53,266 bases of DNA from a virus (taxonomy: Duplodnaviria > Caudoviricetes). The first letter of the stretch is position 1. Each line of letters begins with the position of its first letter. Made by a program: the position numbers and the translations under genes. Below the pieces are notes generated by a model. It did not search any database. It was not told the DNA's origin and worked only from the letters and a program-made list of their open reading frames with translations. Shown here piece after piece: positions 35,234-45,844 of this stretch. The DNA lies in IMG/VR virus record IMGVR_UViG_3300032307_000452, positions 1 to 53,266 of that record; one strand, 5' to 3'.

Positions 35234-36472
35234 TTAGAATGATAATTTAACTTTTATTAAAACTTCCTTATCAAAAGATTTTACAATTGGTTGTGATGTT
35301 TTAGCCACCGCAATCAATTCGTTTGCATCGTTTAATAAACCTACAGTTGTAATAAATGTTTGTGGGTCAGTTTCAAATGTACCTTCTACAAAGAAACCAT
35401 CCGCATCAATATATGTAGGATTGTTAGAGTAGTTAAATTCTCTATTTGTTGCTCTTACAAAGAAGTGTTGAGTAGAAATGTTTTCAGTTCTACGTGCTTC
35501 AAAATCACCACCTCTTTGGATTGCTTGTAATAATCTATATTGATTAAACATTTCAGCTCCAGTTGAGTGAGATGGAGTTACACTACCACTTTGAATGATA
35601 GTACCATCTTTTGTGTAAATTGTTTGGTTCGCAATAGCACCTAATGTAGCACCAATTGCTTCAGCGTTTAGAACAATAATACCTCTATCAGGATAGAATA
35701 ATCCAAATCCTTGTCCATTTGATGAAGTTGTTGTATTGATTGTTGCTGCGTTTTCAGTTCCTAAATTTAAAGAACCAGAAACAACTTTAAATGTTCTACC
35801 ACTTAATCCTAAATCATCACCAAATTTCTTACCACTGTTATCAATGAATGTAAATGTTCCGTTACCAGCTGTTAATTTTAAAGACCAGTTACCAGCATCC
35901 ATTTTTTCTCTATATCTACCTCTAGCTACATTGATTATGTAAACAGCATTACAATCTTCCAATGTACCTGCTGAATTTTCAAATGAGAATTTGGTATCAG
36001 TTGGGTCTAACAACATTGCTCTATATTGAGCGTAAGTTGCTTTAGTTGCAAGAAGTGCAGAATCATTAACATCTAATGTCATAGAACCACTTCCATGTAC
36101 ATGTCCATACGCAATTGCAAATTGTACCTCTGCTGAATCGGAGTATGTTGTTGGATTATAATCATATACATTAGCGTAATAGTATCCGCTAGTTGCTGTT
36201 GTTTGTGCAGATGCTGTAAAGAATTGTGCTAAAGAACCAGAATCACCAGTCCATAAACCAGTAGTTACTACTTCCGTTTTTGCATTAACTTTATCAAAAT
36301 CACCAAATCTTTTGTAAATACCAGTAGTTACACCACTTGTGTTTGAAGCGATTTGCTGACCAGCTGGTAATACGCTATTTAAAATAGATACAATTTGGTT
36401 TGTATCAACCGTACCAGAGTTTGCTAATGCTGCAATCTGGGCGGTTACGTTAGGGTCATTTATTAGTGCCAT
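35234..36472 (-). CDS. Virion structural protein (baseplate/fibre attachment)
   Basis: GLFYPDRGIIVL, REFNYSNNPT, FITTVGLLNDANELIAVAKTSQPIVKS. Codon usage looks like a highly expressed gene. Confidence 0.7.
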   Translation of the reverse strand: MALINDPNVTAQIAALANSGTVDTNQIVSILNSVLPAGQQIASNTSGVTTGIYKRFGDFDKVNAKTEVVTTGLWTGDSGSLAQFFTASAQTTATSGYYYANVYDYNPTTYSDSAEVQFAIAYGHVHGSGSMTLDVNDSALLATKATYAQYRAMLLDPTDTKFSFENSAGTLEDCNAVYIINVARGRYREKMDAGNWSLKLTAGNGTFTFIDNSGKKFGDDLGLSGRTFKVVSGSLNLGTENAATINTTTSSNGQGFGLFYPDRGIIVLNAEAIGATLGAIANQTIYTKDGTIIQSGSVTPSHSTGAEMFNQYRLLQAIQRGGDFEARRTENISTQHFFVRATNREFNYSNNPTYIDADGFFVEGTFETDPQTFITTVGLLNDANELIAVAKTSQPIVKSFDKEVLIKVKLSF

Positions 36473-36485
36473 TATTTATGTCTTT

Positions 36486-37109
36486 TTATGCTTTATATGT
36501 TACTGTTACAGGTATAGTTTGAGAACCTCCAGTTTCGTTTCCATAAACTGTCAATGTAGTTGCTACATCAATTGTTAAATTTGGATTTGGAGTGAATCTG
36601 AATTCTAAACCACTTACTACCTGTGCAGTTGTTGTTATTTCTTCTCCCAAGAATACAGGAACACTACCTACTGCAGTTGCTCCTCTAGTCACAGTCAATG
36701 TACCGGCTCTTTGGTCGGTTAATACCACAGTGTATCCTGCGTTTGCGTTTCCAGCAGGAGAAGTTGTTGGTGTTAATCCAACACCACCTTCTAACTGATT
36801 TACAGCGATTGAAGGTACACCCAATCTTACAGTTGGGATTTGTGTAGTTCCTTTTGGTAAAGTTACTAATTTATATCTTAATACTTGTGTTTCATCAGGA
36901 GATGCTTCCGTAATAGGAATAGCTCTGATTGCTGAATCATAGTATGCAGAACCCTTTGGATGTGCTGGTTCGTACAATGTATAATCAATCTCGTCATCAC
37001 CCAAAGCGAACTTTGAAATGTTTAAAGATTGACCAGATGCTAATTTTTGTCTTCCTTTTTTGGTAAGAATTGCATCTACTGTTATTTCGGTATTATCTAA
37101 ATATGCCAT
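36486..37109 (-). CDS. Virion structural protein (tail-collar-like N-terminus)
   Basis: DAILTKKGRQKLASGQSLNISKFALGDDEIDY. Confidence 0.7.
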   Translation of the reverse strand: MAYLDNTEITVDAILTKKGRQKLASGQSLNISKFALGDDEIDYTLYEPAHPKGSAYYDSAIRAIPITEASPDETQVLRYKLVTLPKGTTQIPTVRLGVPSIAVNQLEGGVGLTPTTSPAGNANAGYTVVLTDQRAGTLTVTRGATAVGSVPVFLGEEITTTAQVVSGLEFRFTPNPNLTIDVATTLTVYGNETGGSQTIPVTVTYKA

Positions 37110-37142
37110 TTGATATTGTTTTTTAATTCTTTATTATCTAAA

Positions 37143-37150
37143 ATAAATAT
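37143..37150 (-). promoter_or_regulatory. Putative late promoter core ATATTTAT
   Basis: Recurrent intergenic octamer. Confidence 0.55.
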
Positions 37151-37171
37151 AACCAATTAATATTTTCAATC

Positions 37172-40100
37172 TTAATCAACTTCAAGTATTGGTTCACCAC
37201 TACCTCTACCAGTCTTAGCCACTCTAAGTATGTTAGGATTAGTTGTAAATGTTTCAACAGGACTTAATCCATCAGGTGTAGTTGCTAAAGTTTGTTGAGA
37301 ACCTTTCCAAAATGAACGTTGCATTCCTTCACCTAATCCATTTACAAATTTATAGTGAGTTGGGAGATATCCGTTGATAGGTGTTACCTGCACTATATCG
37401 TTTCCAATGGATATACTTCCACTAAAAGGCAGTAATGATACATAGTACTTATCTTCAAATGTAGTTGTTGTACTATATTTAACAGGACCTGATGTTGTTG
37501 CTGGATATCCGCCTGTTTGTACTTTTTTCTTTTTAGATTTAGTTTCTTTTACTAAAAATGCGCTAACTCTACTTCCCGTAGTTTCAACGTTTCCAAATAT
37601 ACCATCAATAGTTCTATATACGGAATTACCACGTTTTGCATATAATCCATAACCTAAATTAGCTAATGAATTTTTATCCATTCCAATTTGGGTTGATGAA
37701 AATGAATCAACTTCTCCATATAAGCTTTCCCCAGTAGGACATTCTATATTAACAGAACCCTGCTGTGGATATGTAGGATATTCTGTTTCTAATATATCTA
37801 CGAAGTTATAATCGATTGATGATTCGTATGTTGGATTTGTACTTTCTAAAATAACACCATCATTTGCATCAACTACACCATCATAATTATTTAAGTTACT
37901 TTCCAATGTTGCTATTTCTTGTGCATCCAATTCACCTTCATTGTAATTAAATGTAGAATCAATCGCAACATCATCAAATGTTGGTATGGTTGTATCAAAA
38001 TCATTTTTAGATGATTCTGGTTTTGTCCATTTTACTTTGCTTCTTTCTAAATAGTGAGGTTCGATTAATAATCCTTTAGATACCTTTGCTCTAGCAGGTG
38101 CTAAATCATCAAGTACATCAAAAAGAGATTTATCTATATATCTCACCAACTGAATGTATTCGTATATGTTTCTATCAAGCCTTTCAAAGTAATAATTTCT
38201 AAGAGTACTTAATTCTTTGTAATTATCTTTATATTCATCTGATGGGTTACCAATATAGTTATCAATATTAAAATCACCAAACGCTTTTAAAATATCCATA
38301 TTCAACTCCTTAATTGGAGAGAAGAATAATCCTAAACGATTTGAATCTATTGGAGCTCTATCAAATGATTTTTTAGTGGCTCTTACCTTATGAGATAAAT
38401 CAGTTATTAATGTTTGTTCTTCAAAACGAATTTTATTAGAAACATTAAATCCTAATGATGGAACAGTAGCTGTTACTGTTCTATCGTATGGTGTGTATTG
38501 ATATGGGTAAGCAGATGCAGAATACATATTGCTTGCAGATGCAAATGGTTCTCCATAACTTTCATTTATAGCAACATTTTTAATAAACGAATCTTTAGTT
38601 CTATCTTTTGGATATTCAAAATCTAAACGGAATAATAAATCCGATGTTGATGCTGTATATGAGTTTCCGTTTATTGCATCAGGAAATAAACTATGATTTT
38701 CAAATTTACTTCTTTGTAAAGGAACAGTCCATAAACGAACCTCATCAACATTACCCGAAAATCCGTTACCGCCAATTTGTAAAGATGAACCACTTTCCCA
38801 TTGATTATCAGATGTCAATAAAGACATGCTAACAAATGTATTTATTCTAATACCATCAGATGTTGCCATCCATATTTCATATTGTGACTGAGAACCGCCA
38901 TAGTTATACCTATTGATAGCTATGTTTGTATAATTCTCTAATGATAGTGGAATATTAATACTACCTGTTTTATATTCAGGACCAAATACATATTCTTCAC
39001 TCGTCACATCGATATAAGGAGTACCAACCCCACTAGTCATAAAATAACTACTCTCACCAACATCACCTCCAAAGTTTAATTCCAAAGAAACGAATGACCC
39101 AGTTGTTTTAACAAAATCAACTTTCCACTCACTACCAGAAATTAAAGTATATGATGGATTTGGTAATTCATCCGGCTTTACTCTAAATTCAATACACGCC
39201 GGATAGTTTCCAGTTGTTGGTGCTACTTTCCAAGGTATTTTAATATTAGAACTACCATTTTGATTTAAACTACCCGTCAAATGAATTGCAGCCGTTCTAT
39301 CATCAAACGTAAATTTGGTTGTTGCATCAGTAGTTGGGTCTTGTGGACCACCAAATTCCATTATTGTCAACATGGATTGTGGTACACCATAACAAGCCAT
39401 AATAGCTTTCATAGCTCTACCAGTTCCTTTATGTTTTAAAATATATGGAAGGTTATTTAATATTCTTCTCCAAACTTGATTGTTTGCTTCTTCAAGAGGC
39501 ATTGAATATATTTGGTATCCTTCTCGATTAGTACCATATACGTGCTCCCATAAGAAATTAGAATTAAATGCTTTTTTCGTGTCCCATCCTAGTGATTGTA
39601 ACACAGGCCCAACAACAGTATTTATTATATTTTTTGATTGAACTTCTCCTATTTTTTTATTATCCCTTAGTGAAGTTATATAAGTCCAAATTATATCAAA
39701 ATGCTGACCTATCATATCCAAAAATACAATAAAATCATTATTATCATAATCTTCTTGAATAAACAATGGAAGATTATTTACTAAATAGTTTGTATTATAT
39801 TTGTCATAGTATTCTGCAGATGCAACAATTGTATTGTACCATATAGTTGCTTCATTTGTTGTTGTTAGGTAATTTACTTTTCTAGTAATACCGTCAGAAA
39901 ATGTATTATCAAATTTTGGATATGCTAAACTATTTGTTGATGTATATAAAAATTTCTCAAATCCATCAAAATTTTGTATTATATTATTTATTTTATTTAA
40001 TAGAACACCAGATTCATCAATTGAATATTGACCATATTTTATGGATGTTTCAAATTGCATATCCAAAGAATCTTCTGTATTTAATATTTCATTTCCTTCT

Positions 40101-42406
40101 ATTTCAGGTGTAAAAATTCCTAACGAATCTTCAGTTAATACATAGCCAATATTGAATGTTTGTTCTGTTAATTGTTGGTATTCTTGAATGTATTTTTCAA
40201 GTATTCCAAGTTTATAAATAAAATTATTTACTCTTTCTTCAGCTGAACCAAAGTTTACATAGTTTTCCCAAGCATAATATGAACTACTGACATATTCTAT
40301 ATTCAATTTACTTGTATCTATACCTTTTGATTGAACATATTTATTAATTAATAAATTAGATGAATATGAACCGCTTGATATTAAATCATCAAAAATTTGA
40401 TACCCAATTCCATTATCAACTTCTAATCCAAAATTAGGTCCTTTTAATGGAGGACAATTTTGTGTAGTATCTCCAATTAATCTTATAGTATCAATAATAG
40501 GATTTGCTAATATTTTAGAAATCCAAACTTGTTGATTTTCTTGGACTGATGTTGGTAGTGGTTCGTATAATTTTAATATTAATGAATTTTGACTACCAGT
40601 CCAAGTTGTAATTAATTTATTATCACCATTATCAAAATGTAATAAATGAGTCAAATATTTTGAAGGAGATTCTCTTAATAAACTTCTATCAAATTGATTT
40701 ATAAATCCTTCAGCTATTCTATTGATAGCTACATTTCTTGGAATTGTATAATTACTCTTTACAAATTTAATAGTAATAAATTCTTCTTTACCACTAACAG
40801 TTTCAATACCGCTAATATTATATGGTATTAATTTTAAATTTAATACAATATTATTAGTATCTTCAGCTACATTATCTCCCGATAATTCTAATAATTTTTT
40901 TACATTTAAAGATATATCTCCACTGGATTGTATTTGAGTAAAATTACTACCATTGTATAATCTAACATAATCCGTATTAATTGATTCGTATGATATTTTA
41001 AAATTAACATCAGTTCCGGCAAAATCCGGTCCAAATAATTCAGATGGATATGATATATTTCTTATATCAGGTATACCAACATAAGCTTCGTTTACAACAT
41101 TTAGAGTAAACTCAATAGGATTACCATCACCCTGCACTCCTCCTAACCCTGCCAATGTTCTTTTTGTTGTAGATGGTACTAATACTACTCTATATTTTCC
41201 TATATTTTGTATAGCTGCTGCTGGTATTGCTACAATAGCTGAATTTGAATCATCTCTTAAGTTAGAATATTTGTAAACGTTATCTCCTATATAAATTGAT
41301 ATATCGGATACCGCTCTATTTTTAAATACACCAATTGGTATATCTATCTTTTCGTTTATATTGTATTTTTTAACTCCTTCCTTATTTACAAAATCAATTA
41401 ATGGTATTATTTGTCTTGTAGGAGTATCTATTGTAGTTATTGATATTTTTTTATTAGACTCCGCTTCAAATGTTAGAAATACACTGTTAGGCCTTACTGA
41501 AATACCATTCGGAGAATCTTCTAATTCAGGTAATATTTCTTCGGATGTTCCATCTGCATTAAGTACCAATATTTTTGATATTATATATTGTGTTATGTCA
41601 GCTGATGAAATTGATAATTGCGTTCCAATTTTTTCTGTGTAAGTATATACTTTTTGAACCGTTAATGTATCGCTTGCTGTTCCATTTGAGTATAAAACAG
41701 AATCACCTATACCATCTACTTCAATTGTAATAGTTACATTATCTTCCAATACAGGTATATCGATAATTGCATTAGATTTTTCTAAATTAAAATCAACATC
41801 AATTATTTGATTTGATGCATTATATGGAAACGTTTGTATTACATCATCTTTATAATATTCAACTATTACTTCAAATGGAGGTGTATTTGTATATATTGGT
41901 TCATTATTTCCAACCAAAGGTTCATTATAGTTTGGTAACAATCTATTTTGATAACCAATTAAACTATCTGCTAAGTTTATATTAAAGTTTAAATTACTAA
42001 AATTAAAATTTAAATTAGGTACAGCTCTAAATACATATTTTTCATTTGATTTAAATCCAATTTTATCAACAGTTATAACTTTACTTCCAAATTTTAATAA
42101 ATCATTTAATGATATATCTAATTTATCTGTTGTTGTTTTGAATGTATTTTCTGCGTTTACATATATCTGAGCTTCATGATTTGCCTTAATGTTTACTATT
42201 AAATTAGTATTTGCATTTATTGTACCATACGCATTTGGATTCGTTGTAATCGGAATTATTACATCGTTTGGAGTTGACACTACACCACCACCACCCCCAC
42301 CGCCAAAGGACACAGAGGAATCACTAATACCATTAAGTACACTTGCAGGGTTTGTTCCCTCTAACGAAAAATCATCCCCGAATATTCCATAATTTGCTTC
42401 TGCCAT
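37172..42406 (-). CDS. Large baseplate wedge-like protein with LamG-like domain
   Basis: FLDMIGQHFD...ILNNLPYILKHKGTGRAMKAIMACYG (gp7/P2 gpI-like KGT motif) and LQIGGNGFSGNVDEVRLW (LamG/concanavalin-like). Confidence 0.7.
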   Translation of the reverse strand: MAEANYGIFGDDFSLEGTNPASVLNGISDSSVSFGGGGGGGVVSTPNDVIIPITTNPNAYGTINANTNLIVNIKANHEAQIYVNAENTFKTTTDKLDISLNDLLKFGSKVITVDKIGFKSNEKYVFRAVPNLNFNFSNLNFNINLADSLIGYQNRLLPNYNEPLVGNNEPIYTNTPPFEVIVEYYKDDVIQTFPYNASNQIIDVDFNLEKSNAIIDIPVLEDNVTITIEVDGIGDSVLYSNGTASDTLTVQKVYTYTEKIGTQLSISSADITQYIISKILVLNADGTSEEILPELEDSPNGISVRPNSVFLTFEAESNKKISITTIDTPTRQIIPLIDFVNKEGVKKYNINEKIDIPIGVFKNRAVSDISIYIGDNVYKYSNLRDDSNSAIVAIPAAAIQNIGKYRVVLVPSTTKRTLAGLGGVQGDGNPIEFTLNVVNEAYVGIPDIRNISYPSELFGPDFAGTDVNFKISYESINTDYVRLYNGSNFTQIQSSGDISLNVKKLLELSGDNVAEDTNNIVLNLKLIPYNISGIETVSGKEEFITIKFVKSNYTIPRNVAINRIAEGFINQFDRSLLRESPSKYLTHLLHFDNGDNKLITTWTGSQNSLILKLYEPLPTSVQENQQVWISKILANPIIDTIRLIGDTTQNCPPLKGPNFGLEVDNGIGYQIFDDLISSGSYSSNLLINKYVQSKGIDTSKLNIEYVSSSYYAWENYVNFGSAEERVNNFIYKLGILEKYIQEYQQLTEQTFNIGYVLTEDSLGIFTPEIEGNEILNTEDSLDMQFETSIKYGQYSIDESGVLLNKINNIIQNFDGFEKFLYTSTNSLAYPKFDNTFSDGITRKVNYLTTTNEATIWYNTIVASAEYYDKYNTNYLVNNLPLFIQEDYDNNDFIVFLDMIGQHFDIIWTYITSLRDNKKIGEVQSKNIINTVVGPVLQSLGWDTKKAFNSNFLWEHVYGTNREGYQIYSMPLEEANNQVWRRILNNLPYILKHKGTGRAMKAIMACYGVPQSMLTIMEFGGPQDPTTDATTKFTFDDRTAAIHLTGSLNQNGSSNIKIPWKVAPTTGNYPACIEFRVKPDELPNPSYTLISGSEWKVDFVKTTGSFVSLELNFGGDVGESSYFMTSGVGTPYIDVTSEEYVFGPEYKTGSINIPLSLENYTNIAINRYNYGGSQSQYEIWMATSDGIRINTFVSMSLLTSDNQWESGSSLQIGGNGFSGNVDEVRLWTVPLQRSKFENHSLFPDAINGNSYTASTSDLLFRLDFEYPKDRTKDSFIKNVAINESYGEPFASASNMYSASAYPYQYTPYDRTVTATVPSLGFNVSNKIRFEEQTLITDLSHKVRATKKSFDRAPIDSNRLGLFFSPIKELNMDILKAFGDFNIDNYIGNPSDEYKDNYKELSTLRNYYFERLDRNIYEYIQLVRYIDKSLFDVLDDLAPARAKVSKGLLIEPHYLERSKVKWTKPESSKNDFDTTIPTFDDVAIDSTFNYNEGELDAQEIATLESNLNNYDGVVDANDGVILESTNPTYESSIDYNFVDILETEYPTYPQQGSVNIECPTGESLYGEVDSFSSTQIGMDKNSLANLGYGLYAKRGNSVYRTIDGIFGNVETTGSRVSAFLVKETKSKKKKVQTGGYPATTSGPVKYSTTTTFEDKYYVSLLPFSGSISIGNDIVQVTPINGYLPTHYKFVNGLGEGMQRSFWKGSQQTLATTPDGLSPVETFTTNPNILRVAKTGRGSGEPILEVD

Positions 42407-42412
42407 TACTTA

Positions 42413-42420
42413 ATAAATAT
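42413..42420 (-). promoter_or_regulatory. Putative late promoter core ATATTTAT
   Basis: Fills a 15-bp gap, 6 nt upstream of the ATG. Confidence 0.5.
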
Positions 42421-42421
42421 T

Positions 42422-43711
42422 TTATTGTATATTTTCTCTTTGCCTTTCATAAATTATATCTCTATTTCTGCCCAATCCACCACCAGTATCAATTTCAGTA
42501 AAATTACCACCACCTCCACCACCACCAGTAGGTGTTTCTATTATAATAGGTAATTCATCACGTTTATTATCAACCGAAGGCTGCTCTATTGTTATTATTT
42601 CACCAGTTTTTGGATTTTCTCTTTCAACCGGAAATGTAATTTTAGGTTCAGGTTCTGTTACTGGAGTTTCTCCTTTTAGTTTTTTTATGAATCCTAATTT
42701 CTTTTCACTTTGCTCTGGCTTCTCTATCGTTACTATTTTTAATTCAGGTATTTTTGTTTCAATTTGTATATCAGATGATTTAGATTGTAATATATTTGCT
42801 GCATCATCTAAACTTGTAATTCTTGAATTTACAGAAGTTGAATTCAATTGCTCATCTTTTTGAGTTAGATAAAAATTAACAGAATTCACAATTAATTCTG
42901 ACAATCTTTGTATTATTTTATCTTCTGATAATTGTAATCTTGGTTTAGTTCTTCTTGGTTTTCCGTAATTAAGGTCTTTTATATCTGATATTCTATTTGT
43001 AAATTCATAGTATGCTGATTCTACAAATTTTTTATGAACCGCTACACTAAATGAATCAAAATTAGAAATTTTATATTCAGTTTTTAATTTTTCATACCAA
43101 CCAGGTCCATAAGTATTTTTTACAAAGTCATCTATTACACTTGAATTAATCGATTCTACTAATTTTAATGCGTTATATATTATATCACTTCTAAAATCAC
43201 CATTGTTATATAATATTCCAAATCTTTCTTTTATATCATCAATATTCCCACTTCTTTCCAACGGAAATAATCTAACTTCTGTTCTTGATGGCGATATTTC
43301 ACCAATCCAAATTTTATCATCTTTTTTATATGAACCAACTCTTTTATTTAATAATGATATTTGAGTTTTAAATAATCCATTAGCGTATCCAGCTTCGGTT
43401 ATTAATCGTTCAACATCTATAAAATACTCAGCAGGTAAATTATTTTTTGTCATAAATGTACCTTCTGCTATTAAAAAATAATCTTTTATATTTTCACTTG
43501 TAAGCGAAATATATCTAACCAAACCATGACCTTTTTGTGGAAGTTGATTTTCCGAAACATCATATACAATAAATTCAATAATATCATCCTCACTCAACCC
43601 AAAAAAAGACTGAAGGTCTCCTTCCTCAAATAATTTCCTATCATTTGGGTTGATTCGATACGCTTTATTTTGTATTATTTCTTTAAAATTTTTTATTCCA
43701 GCTGCTGCCAT
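42422..43711 (-). CDS. Putative baseplate/virion protein
   Basis: Contains IGEISPSRTEVRL. Lies in the baseplate cluster. Confidence 0.65.
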   Translation of the reverse strand: MAAAGIKNFKEIIQNKAYRINPNDRKLFEEGDLQSFFGLSEDDIIEFIVYDVSENQLPQKGHGLVRYISLTSENIKDYFLIAEGTFMTKNNLPAEYFIDVERLITEAGYANGLFKTQISLLNKRVGSYKKDDKIWIGEISPSRTEVRLFPLERSGNIDDIKERFGILYNNGDFRSDIIYNALKLVESINSSVIDDFVKNTYGPGWYEKLKTEYKISNFDSFSVAVHKKFVESAYYEFTNRISDIKDLNYGKPRRTKPRLQLSEDKIIQRLSELIVNSVNFYLTQKDEQLNSTSVNSRITSLDDAANILQSKSSDIQIETKIPELKIVTIEKPEQSEKKLGFIKKLKGETPVTEPEPKITFPVERENPKTGEIITIEQPSVDNKRDELPIIIETPTGGGGGGGNFTEIDTGGGLGRNRDIIYERQRENIQ

Positions 43712-43725
43712 AATTTATTTTTTTA

Positions 43726-44754
43726 TTAACCACTCCAACTAGTTCCAACTTGCTTTTGAATTGCCACTGCTAATGTTACACTTGATTTTTGTGATTTTAC
43801 GTTTAAACTACCTTTATATGCAGTATCGCCTAAAAGTGTAACACCAGCTGAAGGTCTGAAATCATCTATTTTTGATGGAATTGTTTTTACCGTTAGTAAT
43901 TTAGTTTGTTTTGGTTGTAAAGTAAACGATGGTATCTTTTCAAACGAACCTAATGTTTGACCTGCTTCTTCAAATGTTATTGTTATAGGTTCTTTTGAGA
44001 AATTATAAACTTCAAGATCAGGTCCATTAATCCATTGACCATTACCATCATCTTTAGCCCTAGCTCTATAAGTTAAATCACCATATTGAGGTTCTCCTTT
44101 TTGAACACTCTTTACAGAGAAATCCATACCAACTTTTGCACCTTCTGCAATTTTAGCTTGCTTACCTTCTAATATTTCTCTATACTGGTCGTTTTGTTCT
44201 TTTAATGATTGATTACGAGCAGTAAGAGAAACTCTTTGTATAGCTTCAGCAGTTCCTTTTTGAATTGAGTTTTGTAAATCAACAACTACGTTAGATATTT
44301 TTATATTTGCTTGGTTTAATTGATTTTCAAATGATGCTACTAATATTTTTTGTGCATCCACATCCACTCTTAAACTTTCGGAAACTATTTCAAGCTCACT
44401 AACTTTAGCTGTCAAATCAACAACAATTGTATTAAGTCTAATAACTTCTTCTGTTAAATCGATTACGGATTGAGTTACTTCATTATATACAGGTCTTGGT
44501 ACATCATCATTTGGTGGAGGTGGTGTTGTTGGTATTAATTCAAATATTCTAGTATCAACGGACTTTACCAAATCCGTTTCGTTATATTTTGGTTTTGATA
44601 ATTTACCAAAAACTACACCATCCGAATCTATACCTTCTTCAAAAGTATAATTTGTATTTACACCTCCTTGTATTGACAAAGAGCCGCTCCTACTTATATT
44701 TTCAAGTAAAGGTTCGTATCGTAATCCAGTTTTTGCTAATTTTGAATCTGCCAT
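43726..44754 (-). CDS. Coiled-coil virion protein with C-terminal Ig-like beta domain
   Basis: Long heptad region followed by a beta-rich C-terminus. Confidence 0.6.
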   Translation of the reverse strand: MADSKLAKTGLRYEPLLENISRSGSLSIQGGVNTNYTFEEGIDSDGVVFGKLSKPKYNETDLVKSVDTRIFELIPTTPPPPNDDVPRPVYNEVTQSVIDLTEEVIRLNTIVVDLTAKVSELEIVSESLRVDVDAQKILVASFENQLNQANIKISNVVVDLQNSIQKGTAEAIQRVSLTARNQSLKEQNDQYREILEGKQAKIAEGAKVGMDFSVKSVQKGEPQYGDLTYRARAKDDGNGQWINGPDLEVYNFSKEPITITFEEAGQTLGSFEKIPSFTLQPKQTKLLTVKTIPSKIDDFRPSAGVTLLGDTAYKGSLNVKSQKSSVTLAVAIQKQVGTSWSG

Positions 44755-44755
44755 A

Positions 44756-45844
44756 TTAATTATCTAAAACAGTAAATGTTATTTTATTATCGTAATATTT
44801 TACATCACCATCCATATCAACTTTGAATTCAATTTTATAAACTCTACCAACTTCCCAATTAGAAAGATTTAATTTAATATAGTTTCCTTCCAAATCACAA
44901 CTAATTTTTGAATATTCACTAAAAGGAATTATAACATCATCAGATGCAAAATCTTTAATTTGATAATATGTTGTTTGTGGAAGATATTTCACATCATTAT
45001 ATGCAAATTGATTTGTAAATGTTTTTAATGGATATAGTTCTCTACCAAATATTCTTATTTTTGGATTAGTATCTTTTTTATATTCATTTTTGAAATGCTT
45101 AACATCAACTTTTATATCAGAAGATGTTAATGGTAGTAATGAACCAGTAATATAAGATTGGTCATCCCATCCTACTCTAATTTTTGGCTGATATATTGTA
45201 AAAGTTTCTTTACTAAATAATCTTAATATTCCATATTCTTGTGTATCGCTTTCTATGTTTTCAGGAAATAAAGTTGAATTAGCAAATTTTAGCATTAACC
45301 CATCATTAGGAATAGAACCACTCATCCATACTTTTAAAAATGGTTTAATATCCATATTAATATCACCCCTTTCATAATTGAAATTTTGAGATGCGCTGTA
45401 TTGAGTCCACCAAGTACCACCGCTACCATCATTTATACTTGCTGTGGTGTATGAATTAAAATCGTTATCTAACCAATTTATTTTAGTATCACCTTCTCTA
45501 TAATTCCAAGTAACGCCTTTAGTGGTTATAGCATCGAATCTAGTACCAATTCCCATTTCCCAACTTCCAGATATTGGGTTAGCATGTATAGTATATTCTA
45601 AAGGTATTTCTTCAGTTTGAGATTCTTTTAATAATAATCTAGCGTCAGTCATACCAATACTTCCATTTGTCAATGAAGCTGATAAGTAACCTAAATCAAA
45701 TTTTAATAATGCATGAGAAACATCTTTTACATTACCATAGTAAACCTTACTTACTTCTAATATCTCATCAAGCCCAGTATTTTGATTGGGTTGTTGTAAA
45801 TAAATTGATGCGTCTTTTGATGCTGTTAAAAAATAGTATGCCAT
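44756..45844 (-). CDS. Virion protein with DNRLRE-like domain
   Basis: ASKDASIY...NTGLDEILEV...ALLKFDL...W.SGSIPNDGLMLK...FSKE...PKIRV. Confidence 0.6.
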   Translation of the reverse strand: MAYYFLTASKDASIYLQQPNQNTGLDEILEVSKVYYGNVKDVSHALLKFDLGYLSASLTNGSIGMTDARLLLKESQTEEIPLEYTIHANPISGSWEMGIGTRFDAITTKGVTWNYREGDTKINWLDNDFNSYTTASINDGSGGTWWTQYSASQNFNYERGDINMDIKPFLKVWMSGSIPNDGLMLKFANSTLFPENIESDTQEYGILRLFSKETFTIYQPKIRVGWDDQSYITGSLLPLTSSDIKVDVKHFKNEYKKDTNPKIRIFGRELYPLKTFTNQFAYNDVKYLPQTTYYQIKDFASDDVIIPFSEYSKISCDLEGNYIKLNLSNWEVGRVYKIEFKVDMDGDVKYYDNKITFTVLDN

